Shown piece after piece: positions 18,649 to 28,705 of a DNA stretch of 64,000 bases (within the stretch, counting starts at the first letter, position 1; each line of letters starts with the position of its first letter). A program made the position numbers and the translations under genes. The notes under the pieces are model-generated. The model saw nothing but the letters and a program-made list of their open reading frames with translations, was not told the DNA's origin and did no database searches. The DNA comes from Phycisphaeraceae bacterium. Its GTDB lineage: Bacteria; Planctomycetota; Phycisphaerae; Phycisphaerales; Phycisphaeraceae. The stretch covers positions 1,984,001-2,048,000 of the forward strand of contig OY771506.1 of the NCBI GenBank assembly GCA_963674705.1, given 5' to 3'.

Positions 18649-20009
18649 TGAAGAAGGTACTTCAGCGGCTGATGCTTTATTCTGTTCTGATAGCTGGGGC
18701 GCTTCTATTCACGATCCCTTTGCTATGGATGTTGTCTACTGCGCTTAAGCCGATCGACCAGGCGATGAGTTCGCCGCCGCGTTGGTTGGCGTATCAACAG
18801 CGGATGATTGTGGACGGTCAAAGTGTTTCTGTGGGTGTGGGGGATCTTCCCGAAGATGCTGGGCCGGATTCGCCGATTACGGTCAGTATCGCATATCAGT
18901 GGGTGCTTGATGTCAACGGCGAATCGGTCCCCGTTAAACGGGTGGATAGAGATATTGATCTGAAAGATGACACGCTGGTTACAGTAAGTGCAAACTACCA
19001 TTTATATGTACAGCACGGGGGGGCGTGGCGGCCGGCGCGCATCAAGGAACCAAATGATGCGTCAACGCCAGACAAAGCAGTTGAAGTCGTGTTGGCAGAT
19101 GATGAAGACTACATGTTGAAGGCTCGTGTCAGTCAATCACAAATCCGCAAAACCTATGACAAAACAATCGAAGAGGTTAACTCGACGTTCGGTCAGAGCG
19201 AGAGGCTTGTTGTTTCGTCAGACCGATTAAGCAGGATTGTAGTGCCTTGGGAGAGCCGGACGGAACTGTCGCACGTGTTTGTCGAGCAGCAGGAAGCGGT
19301 GGCGGGCGACCTGGACACGCGGGTATCGTTTCTGTGGGGCAACTTCGGCAAAGCAATCAGTGCGATGAAGATATTCCCGTTTTACCTGAAGAACACGGTA
19401 ACGTTGTGCATCTTGACCGTGATCGGGGCGGTGTGCTCGAGTACGTTGGTTGCGTATGGTTTTTCTCGGATTGATTGGCCGGGGCGGGATAAAGTATTTC
19501 TTGTGGTGATGGCAACCATGATGATCCCGTTCCCGGTGCTGATGGTTCCGCTGTTTACCATGTTCCGAAACGTGGGGTGGATCGGCACGCTCAAGCCGTT
19601 GTGGGTCCCGACTTTATTCGCCGGGGCGTTTAATATCTTCCTGCTTCGTCAGTTTTTCCGGACGATCCCCAAGGGGCTTTCCGAGTCGGCAAAGATCGAC
19701 GGCTGCAGCGAGTTCCGCATCTTCTGGCAGATCATCCTCCCCCTGGCGCGCCCGGCGATTACGGTTGTCGCATTGTTCCAGTTCATGGGTACGTGGAACG
19801 ACTTCCTCGGGCCTTTGATTTACCTGACGGATCAGAAAGACTTTACACTGGCGCTGGGTTTGCAGTTCTTTCAGAGCCAGCAAGGCGGTACACAATGGCA
19901 CTACCTGATGGCGGCGAGCTGCCTTATCGTGTTGCCGGTTATCGTGTTGTTTTTCCTTGCACAGAAAACATTCATCGAAGGGATATCCATGTCCGGCCTG
20001 AAGGGATGA
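18648..20009 (+). CDS. Carbohydrate ABC permease 2 with large extracytoplasmic insertion
   Basis: ATG overlaps upstream TAA; AYGFSR, FLLRQFF..IP..L.ESAKIDG, WNDFLGPL, FIEGISMSGLKG. Confidence 0.92.
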   Translation: MKKVLQRLMLYSVLIAGALLFTIPLLWMLSTALKPIDQAMSSPPRWLAYQQRMIVDGQSVSVGVGDLPEDAGPDSPITVSIAYQWVLDVNGESVPVKRVDRDIDLKDDTLVTVSANYHLYVQHGGAWRPARIKEPNDASTPDKAVEVVLADDEDYMLKARVSQSQIRKTYDKTIEEVNSTFGQSERLVVSSDRLSRIVVPWESRTELSHVFVEQQEAVAGDLDTRVSFLWGNFGKAISAMKIFPFYLKNTVTLCILTVIGAVCSSTLVAYGFSRIDWPGRDKVFLVVMATMMIPFPVLMVPLFTMFRNVGWIGTLKPLWVPTLFAGAFNIFLLRQFFRTIPKGLSESAKIDGCSEFRIFWQIILPLARPAITVVALFQFMGTWNDFLGPLIYLTDQKDFTLALGLQFFQSQQGGTQWHYLMAASCLIVLPVIVLFFLAQKTFIEGISMSGLKG

Positions 20010-20075
20010 AGCGGAAACCGGACACCCGCACGGCTCGCTGACACGACTCATCATCAAGTAAGACAAAACGCGAAC

Positions 20076-21203
20076 ATGCACAACACGAAACTACAATTTG
20101 CAGCTCATGGCTTAACACACCAGCCCCGGTTGCCGATGGCGTTCGGCCACTTCTTGCCTTGGTATACACTGAAGGCGGATGCGCACGCGCTTACGCCCGA
20201 TGAGTTATCCACGATACCCGCGCCGCCGCAAGTGATGGATAGCCGGCATTGGCAGGATTCCGGATCGGGATATCGTCGCAGCCATCTGGGTTTGCCGAAG
20301 ATCGGCCGATATGATTCGCGCGATCCGCAAACGATTCGCTGGCAAATTGAGCAAGCCAAGGCGGCGGGCTTGGCAGGCTTTATCATTAACTGGTATGGCC
20401 AGAATTCGATCGAGAACGTGATCACGTTAGCGGTGCTCCGAGAATTCGAGCGATGGAACCACGATCATCCTGATGACCCGATCTTCTATTTTCTATCGAT
20501 TGATTCACAGGCGCAGCTACCGACTGAAGGCAAAACGTCAGTCTCGCTTGAGCAGGACCTGCAATACATCCGCAAGCACCTGATCCGGGCCGGTTATCTG
20601 TTGCGTGATGGGCAGCCGGTATTGACCTGTTTCCCTTATCAAGAAAACATCAGCGACTGGCTTGATGCGATCAGCAGCGTGTTCGGTGCAGAAGTGCCTG
20701 ACTTCCTTTGGATGAACGAGCCATGCGGCAAGGGCGAGGCCGGCTGTTTCCTCTGGGTGCAACCTGATTCAGCAACGATCGATCTGACCAGTTCATACAC
20801 ATGGAACGACCCGGATAACATCGGCGAAGATTGGGCGGTTCAACAATACGCGCGTTGGTCAAACAAACACCTGGAATACCGTTATGGGATGGCGGGCATC
20901 TGGCCGGGCTTCAACGATACGCTTGTAACGTGGGCGTGGAAGCCTGAAACAAGACACGATAAGGCCAGGCCTCGCATCATCGCGCGTGAAACGGATAAGG
21001 GTAACACCTACGCGCGCATGTGGGACATCTATCTGAACGCGATCCGGGACCCCGCCATTCTCCCGCTGCCGCTGGTGCAGATTGTGACATGGAATGACTG
21101 GGCCGAGGACACCGCGATCGAACCGTCCCGCGATTACGAGCAGAAGTACATCGATCTTACAAAAGAGTATGTCGGCAAGGCGCAAGAACTATGGAAGTAT
21201 TAA
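20076..21203 (+). CDS. Cytoplasmic GH71/GH99-like glycoside hydrolase
   Basis: LPWY, PKIGRYDSRDP, AGLAGFIINWYG, WPGFND, TWNDWAEDTAIEPS; no signal peptide. Confidence 0.75.
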   Translation: MHNTKLQFAAHGLTHQPRLPMAFGHFLPWYTLKADAHALTPDELSTIPAPPQVMDSRHWQDSGSGYRRSHLGLPKIGRYDSRDPQTIRWQIEQAKAAGLAGFIINWYGQNSIENVITLAVLREFERWNHDHPDDPIFYFLSIDSQAQLPTEGKTSVSLEQDLQYIRKHLIRAGYLLRDGQPVLTCFPYQENISDWLDAISSVFGAEVPDFLWMNEPCGKGEAGCFLWVQPDSATIDLTSSYTWNDPDNIGEDWAVQQYARWSNKHLEYRYGMAGIWPGFNDTLVTWAWKPETRHDKARPRIIARETDKGNTYARMWDIYLNAIRDPAILPLPLVQIVTWNDWAEDTAIEPSRDYEQKYIDLTKEYVGKAQELWKY

Positions 21204-22417
21204 ATCCCCCCGTTACCTCATTGGTCCATTCACGAAGGCTGATCCTGACGCCTCGGCCAGGGTCGGATTGGGCAAGCGAGATGGTCCTCAATCCCGCTCT
21301 GATTAAGGACCCATCGAGCGGTCGTTGGCACATGCTTTTCCGCGCAACCGGTCCGGGCAAAACTCTGCCAAGACCGGACCAGCCCGCGCCTTATCCGGTT
21401 TGCCTGGGTTATGCCTGTAGCGACGATGAAGGCGAAACGTGGGAAGCGGACCTGTCGCGCCCGGCTCTTGCCCCGGCTATTTGTGAATCGCCAAACGACA
21501 TCGTCGTACGCGATATTCATGGGCATGATGTCACGAATTATGCAAACGGTTCTATCGAAGACCCCCGATTATTCCGGCTCGACAATGATTGCTATATGAC
21601 GGTTGCCTGTCGCATGTTTCCGCCGGGCCCGTATTGGATCAAGGACGATCCGAAACAATGTGCGCCACGATGGATAGCCACCGACAGCCACGACCTCGGC
21701 CGGGCTGCGCGCGATAACGTAACGGTAAGTGTTCTTTATAAAGTCGATCTCGATGCGCTTGGGAAGCGATTGTATGACGAAGCGTTTACTTACATCACTC
21801 ACCTGACCCAGCCTGAGTTTGGTGAAAATCGGGACGTGCTGCTGTTCCCCGAACGCCTGATGATCCACGGCCGGCTACGCTACGTTTGTCTGCATCGGCC
21901 GTGGGAAGCACAGCACTATCCGGGCGGGACGCCAACGCTCAAGCCTTCAATCTGGATGTGTGCATCAGATAAACTTGAAGGGATACATGCCGAGGTTCAG
22001 AGCCAGACATTACTCGCCTCGCCCAGATTCGCATGGGAGCGAGACCGCATCGGGGCAAGCGCCCCGCCGTTGAAGATCGGGCAAGGCAAGTGGCTGTTGA
22101 GCTATCACGGCAAACGCGATGCGGCGGAGGGGTACACCCAGTCGTTCATGATTCTTCAAGAGGATGGGCTGGGCCTGCCCCGGATCAAGCATCGCTGTCC
22201 GGATCGGATCTTGATCCCCCATCAGCCTTGGGAGAGGCCGGGCAAGTTCCCGACGCCCTGCCTGTTTGTGACGGCGATGATCGAGGCGGGCCCGGACGAG
22301 TTTGTGGTGGCCTACGGCGCCGCGGACGAGCGTGTGGGAATCGCCCGTTTGAGACGCCGAGAGCTGATCCAGCACGTCATGCGGTTCGATTGCGAAGGTA
22401 AATTACTCAATATATGA
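21191..22417 (+). CDS. GH130-family glycoside hydrolase/phosphorylase
   Basis: VLNPA, IEDPRL, NRDVLLFPE, HRP, WERDRIGASAPP, WLLSYHG, YGAAD. Confidence 0.78.
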   Translation: MEVLNPPVTSLVHSRRLILTPRPGSDWASEMVLNPALIKDPSSGRWHMLFRATGPGKTLPRPDQPAPYPVCLGYACSDDEGETWEADLSRPALAPAICESPNDIVVRDIHGHDVTNYANGSIEDPRLFRLDNDCYMTVACRMFPPGPYWIKDDPKQCAPRWIATDSHDLGRAARDNVTVSVLYKVDLDALGKRLYDEAFTYITHLTQPEFGENRDVLLFPERLMIHGRLRYVCLHRPWEAQHYPGGTPTLKPSIWMCASDKLEGIHAEVQSQTLLASPRFAWERDRIGASAPPLKIGQGKWLLSYHGKRDAAEGYTQSFMILQEDGLGLPRIKHRCPDRILIPHQPWERPGKFPTPCLFVTAMIEAGPDEFVVAYGAADERVGIARLRRRELIQHVMRFDCEGKLLNI

Positions 22418-22475
22418 CAATAAGATGGGAATATTCGCCGACGTTCTCCGGCTTGTATAATAATTCACCATTATA

Positions 22476-22504
22476 TTGAAAATTTCACCAATATTGGCTA
22501 TACT
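22476..22504 (+). promoter_or_regulatory. Promoter of LacI gene overlapped by operator-like motif
   Basis: TTGAAA-17bp-TATACT; reverse complement TGGTGAAATTTTCA matches the motif at 11749. Confidence 0.65.
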
Positions 22505-22553
22505 TAACTATATTGCTAATGTTTGTTGTGCCGCCACTGGCGGGTAGAGTTGT

Positions 22554-23564
22554 ATGAAGTCGCAAAAGAAAACCCCAGCCCGGAGTAAATATACCAAGTC
22601 GAGCATCTCGATTTCGGATGTGGCTGCCCATGCCGAGGTCTCGGTGGGGACCGTCTCGCGCGTCATCAACCGCCACCCGGCGGTCTCCGGCGACCTGCGC
22701 CGGAAAGTCCTGCTCAGCAGCAGAACACTCGGGTTTGTGCCGCGCCAGGTACAGCGCTGTGTTGCGATCGTGACTGGCAGACAGAGCACCGCGCTGCCCG
22801 TCGGGTATGTCAGCGTCCTGACTTCCATGGTGTCGCGCGTTCTCGCTTCCAAGCGCATCTCGGTTGAATTGATCGATATCGAAAATCTTGACGATGTGTA
22901 TGAAGCGCACATCGACGGGATGATCGGGATTGTTTTTGATGAACGCCTTGCCGATATCAAGCATGTCCCGAACCTGCCTATCATCGCGATCAATAAGCCG
23001 ATGGTCGATCGTGGGATCCACAGCATTTATGCCGACCATTACCACCAGGCGGTGCTTGCCACGGAACACCTGATCGAGCACGGCCACCGACAGATTGCAT
23101 TCCTGGCGATCCAGTCCGACGAATGGGGCAGCCAGCAGAGGCTCAAGGGTTATCGCGATGTACTTCAAAAGCACGGCATCAAGATCAATCCACAATGGAT
23201 CCAATACACGCTCAACACGCCCGTCTATGAAATCCTTGCGCGATGGCGCGATCGGCAGATCACGGGCATCCTGAACTTCAGTGAAGATACGTCGCTGGAG
23301 GTGTTGCACATCCTCAGCAACGTACTCGGCCTAAAAATCGGTTGCGACATCTCTACCGTCAGCCTTGAAGACTTACCAATCTACAAGTACTTCACCCCGC
23401 CACAGACCGTGGTGCGCCAACCGCTGGAAGACCTGGCGCGATTGGCTGTTGAAAGCCTGGTGAAGTTGGGCGATCGGCCTGATGAAGACACATCCTGTTT
23501 AGACATCTGCCTGCCCACCGAACTGATCGCACGCGACTCGGTGGCGATCATGCCCGGCAAGTAG
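22554..23564 (+). CDS. LacI-family transcriptional regulator
   Basis: ISDVAAHAEVSVGTVSRVIN HTH; HLIEHGHRQIAF; PPQTVVRQP; ELIARDS. Confidence 0.95.
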   Translation: MKSQKKTPARSKYTKSSISISDVAAHAEVSVGTVSRVINRHPAVSGDLRRKVLLSSRTLGFVPRQVQRCVAIVTGRQSTALPVGYVSVLTSMVSRVLASKRISVELIDIENLDDVYEAHIDGMIGIVFDERLADIKHVPNLPIIAINKPMVDRGIHSIYADHYHQAVLATEHLIEHGHRQIAFLAIQSDEWGSQQRLKGYRDVLQKHGIKINPQWIQYTLNTPVYEILARWRDRQITGILNFSEDTSLEVLHILSNVLGLKIGCDISTVSLEDLPIYKYFTPPQTVVRQPLEDLARLAVESLVKLGDRPDEDTSCLDICLPTELIARDSVAIMPGK

Positions 23565-23623
23565 TGGTATTCGAACTGTATCCGGTGAATATGAAGTTCT
23601 CTCGGGGTTTTGGGGTTTATATC

Positions 23624-23790
23624 TAGTGCGGTCCAAACCGTATTCGGGAAGCTCGCACCAAAAGATAGAGACTAATCCCACTGGATCGAGGATTTTTGTC
23701 CCGGATATGTGACACTTCGCGGTGGTATCAGGCGGCGCGAGAAGGTGGGGGAGAGGTCCGGTGCGGATCGGGCCTGCTTGGCGTTCCTTC
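23624..23790 (+). mobile_element. Non-coding end fragment of an IS-like element
   Basis: About 155 bp near-identical to 42543-42710 (GGTCCAAACCGTATTCGGGAAGCTCGCACC...). Confidence 0.8.
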
Positions 23791-24189
23791 GGCTATGGGC
23801 CACTTCAGTCATTTCAAACTGGGTAAACTGTGATATGCGGGCATATTTGATCTTGATCAAAGGTTAAAATATCTCTTGCATCTGCCCCCGGCCGGCACTA
23901 GACTTCAGTGATCTTAAGTCGGGCCGGAGGAGTGAGAAAGCGTGTGTTCTGTTGTCTCATTACCTGCGGTATATGCGCCGCTTAAAGATGCCGGGTCACA
24001 ATGTTACTGCACATCAAGGCCAACTGCGTTTTGGGATTGGCATCGCTTCGCTGCGCCGCTTCTGCAATGCTGCATGCGCACTCACCTGCGGGTACCAAGC
24101 CACATGCCGGCATGACGCACTTCAGTTATGCACAAACGTTGATGCGGGTGGGTTTTTCTTTTCCAGCTAGATGGTACAGGAGCCGGGTG

Positions 24190-27100
24190 ATGTCCTATCG
24201 TTTTAATTGCAACTACATCGCAACATTCAGTGCTGTTCTTGCCTTACTCGTAGCTCAATCATCATATGCCGTTGTTGCGACATGGGACGATGGTGGAGCC
24301 GACCCGTATTGGAGCACGCCGGAGAACTGGGTGGGTGATGTTGTGCCCCCGAACGATGGGACGGCCGATATCCTGTTTGATCAGAAGCCCAATCCATATC
24401 CTGAAACAACGGTGCCGTGGTCAATCAATTCACTTGAGTTGCTGCTCGATTATTACGATGGATTCACGCTTAGTGGAGAGCCTATCACGCTTGGCGGCGG
24501 CGGGATAACCACATCGATCTCCGAGTCTTACCAAAACGCCGGCACCACTATCTACAACTCTTTTAATCTATCTTCACCGCAGACATGGCAGATAGGCAAA
24601 GAACGGTTCGAATTGTCCGGCAATATCACGGCGGACGGGCATCACCTTACGATTGATAATACGTATGAAGTTGTCTTGTCAGGTACGAATGACTTCTCCG
24701 GCGGTTTATCAAAACAAGGTCCGGGTATGCTGTACTTTAACAGCACGCCGACGGTCAGTGGGCCCATTATTATTAATGAAGGCTCGGTATCCATCCCAAC
24801 ACCCACTTCAAGCGGTGTAATACTCAATGGCGGCGGGATCGACCTTCGCTCCGATGCGGATATTGCTTTACTTATTGCTCCCGGATCTACAACGGGTACG
24901 CTTACCTGGAACAATCAGGGTTCGATCACATTCGGTGGAACGAATATCCTCGATATCGGCGCTCTGGGTATCACCGGGCCGCTTCGGCTCGGATCAAATG
25001 GAAGCAGTTCAATTGACTCATCGGCAGCATTGATACCTGATCCAGTATCCAAGACGCTTTACTTCGGGGCCGGCAGCCACGAGTTAACCTTGAACAACGT
25101 GCTTGAGGATAGTCCAGCCGGACCAACGAATGTTGACTATGACGGTCCGGGTAGAACTGTTCTCAATGGTATCAACACGTATACGGGCCTCACCACGGTT
25201 TCGTCGGGTAGAGTCACTGCCAACACACCTGAATCTTTTGGTTCCAATCTCTCACCGACAATACTGGATGGTGGCGAGATTATTCTCAATGCCTACAGCG
25301 ATGAGCCTTTTGTCGTGAACGGCGGCAGCTTGGTGGCAAGCAAGAATGCGGGTTCAACAATCGATATTGCTGGTGGTCGGGTAGAACTTTCCGGAGCGGT
25401 TCTTGATCCGGTCTTTACAAACACAATCAATGCCAGTGGCGGGTACTTGAAGTATTACATTGGCAGAACGACTGGAACCGTTGTCGGCCCCATTAATCTT
25501 ATCGGTGGCGGGGAGTTCACAATCGAAGATAGTTCCTACCAGGGCAAGGGGACACTTATCTTCAATAACACGATAAGCGGCGACGGCACAATCATCTTCT
25601 ATAGCGCCGACAACACGATTGTAAACACCACCATGACACACACGGGCGATGTGGTCATTGGTAACTACTCGCAATCTGTGACTTTCGCACAAACGCAAGC
25701 GTTCGGCGGTGACCTGATTATTGATGGGGGCGTCCTGAACAACAATGCCCCGAATACTATTCCGGATTTGATCATTCTAAATGGTGGCGTGCTTGAAGGT
25801 TCTGCCCCGTTAACCGTGCTTAACCCCAGCATCAACATAGCGGCCGGCCATAGGAATACAATTAACATCCCCGGGGGCCTGGTTGGTGTTGATGAGTTCC
25901 GCATGGATGCGTTTTACGACATCCGCCTGCTGGACTTTGGGACGCTCAGCAATCCCAGCGTTGATTTGCAGAAAGGGCGTCTGGTGATCGCTGCCGCCGC
26001 CGCAGAAGCCATCAACGGGCCGATCCGAATTCCCGACGGTGCTTTTGCTGAAGTCGGAATCATCGGCAACCAACCCGTGATGGCCGACATCGACCTGAAC
26101 AACAGCACCGGAATCTCATTCTCCGGCGCGTTAACGGATGAAAACACCTGCTACATCGGTGGAACCGTCAGCCTGGGCACGGTTGGCGCGTACATTGGTG
26201 GGACCGACGATCACGGAACCAGTTCGGAAGCCGACAGCATTTATATCAGCGGCCGAATATCCGGCGGCGATCTGACGAAGGTTGGGACAAACTGGTTAAG
26301 GATTACCGGGGCGGACAACACGTATACAGGCGCCACCATTGTCCAAAGTGGGGAACTTATTGTTCAGGGAGAGGGTCACCTGTCAACCACCGAGGCGATC
26401 TATGTTCACGGCGACGGGCGCTTCGTCGTCGGTAATGACTCGGATAGCGGTAATCAAGATTGGGTGGCGGATCACATCCCGGTTGTCTTGGATAATGGGA
26501 TCGTGCAATTACGCCATTATACCTATCAGAAGTTGCCGGATATTGACGAGACTTTTGGTCCGTTGCGCGCGGCAAGCGGGACCGGGATGGTTCTCTTGGA
26601 CGGTTCCGGTAGCGGGGGATCTAACGGCGAAATGTCACTTCGGTTTGCCAAACTCGAACGTCAGAATACAGCGGCCTTGATTTTCGATTCTCCGGGCGGC
26701 TATCTCGGCACCGGTGATGGAAAGAGTGTTTACTTCACGGAAGAACCTGATTTAACAAACGGGATCATCGGTCCATGGGCCATTGTTTCTAATCCAAGTT
26801 ACAACAGATACGACTTTGCCACTTACGATTCAGTGAAAGGTGTCGGCGCTTTATCGGCAACAGGCAGGCCCGAAGATATCAACGCGGCATCCATAACGGA
26901 TCATGTACGAATCGTCTCCAGCGCCGAGATGTCGGCTGACCGGCAGGTCTATTCTTTAAATATCGATGCAAGTGTTGATCTGGGGGGTCACACCCTGTCG
27001 ATCGAAAGCGGTGGCTTAATTTTAGATGGCGGATCAATCAGTAATGGTAAATTAACTGGTGGTAGCGGATCGCATCCTGAATTGTATGTCTTTGCAGCAC

Positions 27101-28431
27101 CCAACAGGTCGCTCGATGTGGACATTATCGATTCTCAAGCCGGTTCGACCGATCTCATCTTGTCTACCATGACCTTAGAGGATAATTTGATCAGGCTCTA
27201 CCTGGGTGGCAATAATGACTACACCGGTACGACCTATATCAACGGTGGGATCAGGGCCTATTTAAGAACCGCCAACGCGATACCGGTTGGAGGGGATGTC
27301 GTCATTAATGGGGGTTTATGTAATACATATTCTGCTTCGCAGACCGTGGAATTTGGAAACCTCACGCTTCGTAATGGCGGGATCATGAGTTCTGGTCTAC
27401 CCGGCGGTTTTCAGGCCGAACAGATCAACGTTGAGTCGGGGAAAATCGAGGGCGGGCTCAGAGGCGACGCGCCGCTTATCAAGACGACGACGGGCACGTT
27501 GATTATGAGTTCTTCCAGATCAGACGGCGCCGACTATGATTATCGAGGCGCTATCGATATCTATAACGGCATCTTGATTGCAGAGGATTCATACGTGTTG
27601 GGGTCCGGCGTCGTGACACTTCATGAGGGGGGGCGGTTGGTCATCGAGCAAGAAGTCACCTACGGGAATCTTGTGATGAATGGCGGTGATCTGGCAAATG
27701 GTTATGGAGATAGCATATTTGAGGGCCCGATCGAAGTGGTCGATGATTCGCGAGTCTTGACATTCCATGGGCTCGCCGGGTCAACAAACCGTAATAGTAA
27801 CAGCTACGCTATCGCGCCCTCCGCGATGGATGTTCATCTGGCGGGTGATGTGACAATCGCATCCGCTAAAACATTGTCAACATTAGGTGAAGGTGAATTG
27901 ACAATCAGCGGGAGCCTGATACTCCATGACAACGCTGCGCTCGACGGCGTGGCGCTCGTTGAACCACAATCTGGAAAACGCGTACAAGGCACCGGCACGA
28001 TTGTTGGCGACGTGGTTGTTGGAGATGGCGCATACCTGATCCCCGGCTTCAGTGCCGGAACCCTCACAATCGATGGCGATTACACACAACTGCTTAATGC
28101 CATCATGCAGATAGAAATCGGTGGGACGGCTGTCGATGAGTATGACCAACTGGTTGTCAGCGGTATGTTCCTCGCAGGCGGTGTGTTCGAGTTGTCACTG
28201 ATTAATGGATACGTCCCACGATACGGCGATGTGTTCGATATTCTGGACTTCAGCGGGTTAGTGCCCGGTAGTAAATTTGACGAGTACCACTTGCCCGGGC
28301 TTGATCCGGGTATGACCTGGGACACATCCGACCTGCTGATCACCGGCGAAGTCCGAGTCGTGCCTGAGCCAACATGCAGCATGATAATGGTCCTTGCTTT
28401 AGTTCTATCGTGTCGACGTCGTAGGCGGTAG
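24190..28431 (+). CDS. Large PEP-CTERM surface protein with autotransporter-associated beta-strand repeats
   Basis: Signal peptide from ATG 24190; WDDGG..WSTPENW; repeated NTYTG.T.V..G.L; PGFSAGTLTIDGDY; YDQLVVSG; VPEP-TM-RRRRR. Confidence 0.9.
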   Translation: MSYRFNCNYIATFSAVLALLVAQSSYAVVATWDDGGADPYWSTPENWVGDVVPPNDGTADILFDQKPNPYPETTVPWSINSLELLLDYYDGFTLSGEPITLGGGGITTSISESYQNAGTTIYNSFNLSSPQTWQIGKERFELSGNITADGHHLTIDNTYEVVLSGTNDFSGGLSKQGPGMLYFNSTPTVSGPIIINEGSVSIPTPTSSGVILNGGGIDLRSDADIALLIAPGSTTGTLTWNNQGSITFGGTNILDIGALGITGPLRLGSNGSSSIDSSAALIPDPVSKTLYFGAGSHELTLNNVLEDSPAGPTNVDYDGPGRTVLNGINTYTGLTTVSSGRVTANTPESFGSNLSPTILDGGEIILNAYSDEPFVVNGGSLVASKNAGSTIDIAGGRVELSGAVLDPVFTNTINASGGYLKYYIGRTTGTVVGPINLIGGGEFTIEDSSYQGKGTLIFNNTISGDGTIIFYSADNTIVNTTMTHTGDVVIGNYSQSVTFAQTQAFGGDLIIDGGVLNNNAPNTIPDLIILNGGVLEGSAPLTVLNPSINIAAGHRNTINIPGGLVGVDEFRMDAFYDIRLLDFGTLSNPSVDLQKGRLVIAAAAAEAINGPIRIPDGAFAEVGIIGNQPVMADIDLNNSTGISFSGALTDENTCYIGGTVSLGTVGAYIGGTDDHGTSSEADSIYISGRISGGDLTKVGTNWLRITGADNTYTGATIVQSGELIVQGEGHLSTTEAIYVHGDGRFVVGNDSDSGNQDWVADHIPVVLDNGIVQLRHYTYQKLPDIDETFGPLRAASGTGMVLLDGSGSGGSNGEMSLRFAKLERQNTAALIFDSPGGYLGTGDGKSVYFTEEPDLTNGIIGPWAIVSNPSYNRYDFATYDSVKGVGALSATGRPEDINAASITDHVRIVSSAEMSADRQVYSLNIDASVDLGGHTLSIESGGLILDGGSISNGKLTGGSGSHPELYVFAAPNRSLDVDIIDSQAGSTDLILSTMTLEDNLIRLYLGGNNDYTGTTYINGGIRAYLRTANAIPVGGDVVINGGLCNTYSASQTVEFGNLTLRNGGIMSSGLPGGFQAEQINVESGKIEGGLRGDAPLIKTTTGTLIMSSSRSDGADYDYRGAIDIYNGILIAEDSYVLGSGVVTLHEGGRLVIEQEVTYGNLVMNGGDLANGYGDSIFEGPIEVVDDSRVLTFHGLAGSTNRNSNSYAIAPSAMDVHLAGDVTIASAKTLSTLGEGELTISGSLILHDNAALDGVALVEPQSGKRVQGTGTIVGDVVVGDGAYLIPGFSAGTLTIDGDYTQLLNAIMQIEIGGTAVDEYDQLVVSGMFLAGGVFELSLINGYVPRYGDVFDILDFSGLVPGSKFDEYHLPGLDPGMTWDTSDLLITGEVRVVPEPTCSMIMVLALVLSCRRRRR

Positions 28432-28705
28432 TATTCTTGCCCGTCCTCCGCGATTAGTAAACAAGATACGATGCATGCAATTTGAGATGGCTCTGGTATT
28501 GTGGAACTCTGTTTGACTGTTTTGAGCGTGTTTTTGCGCAGCAGACAAATTATGAGAAACTCTGGTGTTTTGTTTGCTTGTGTCGGCCCAGCGGCTTGTG
28601 ACTTGGGTTAACGACAGATTATCCCCATGGTTCTACGAACAGCAGCTATGATTAAGTGAGGGCAGGTCTTATCTATGATGTAGGTTTCTCATTCGGGAAG
28701 CTTGC

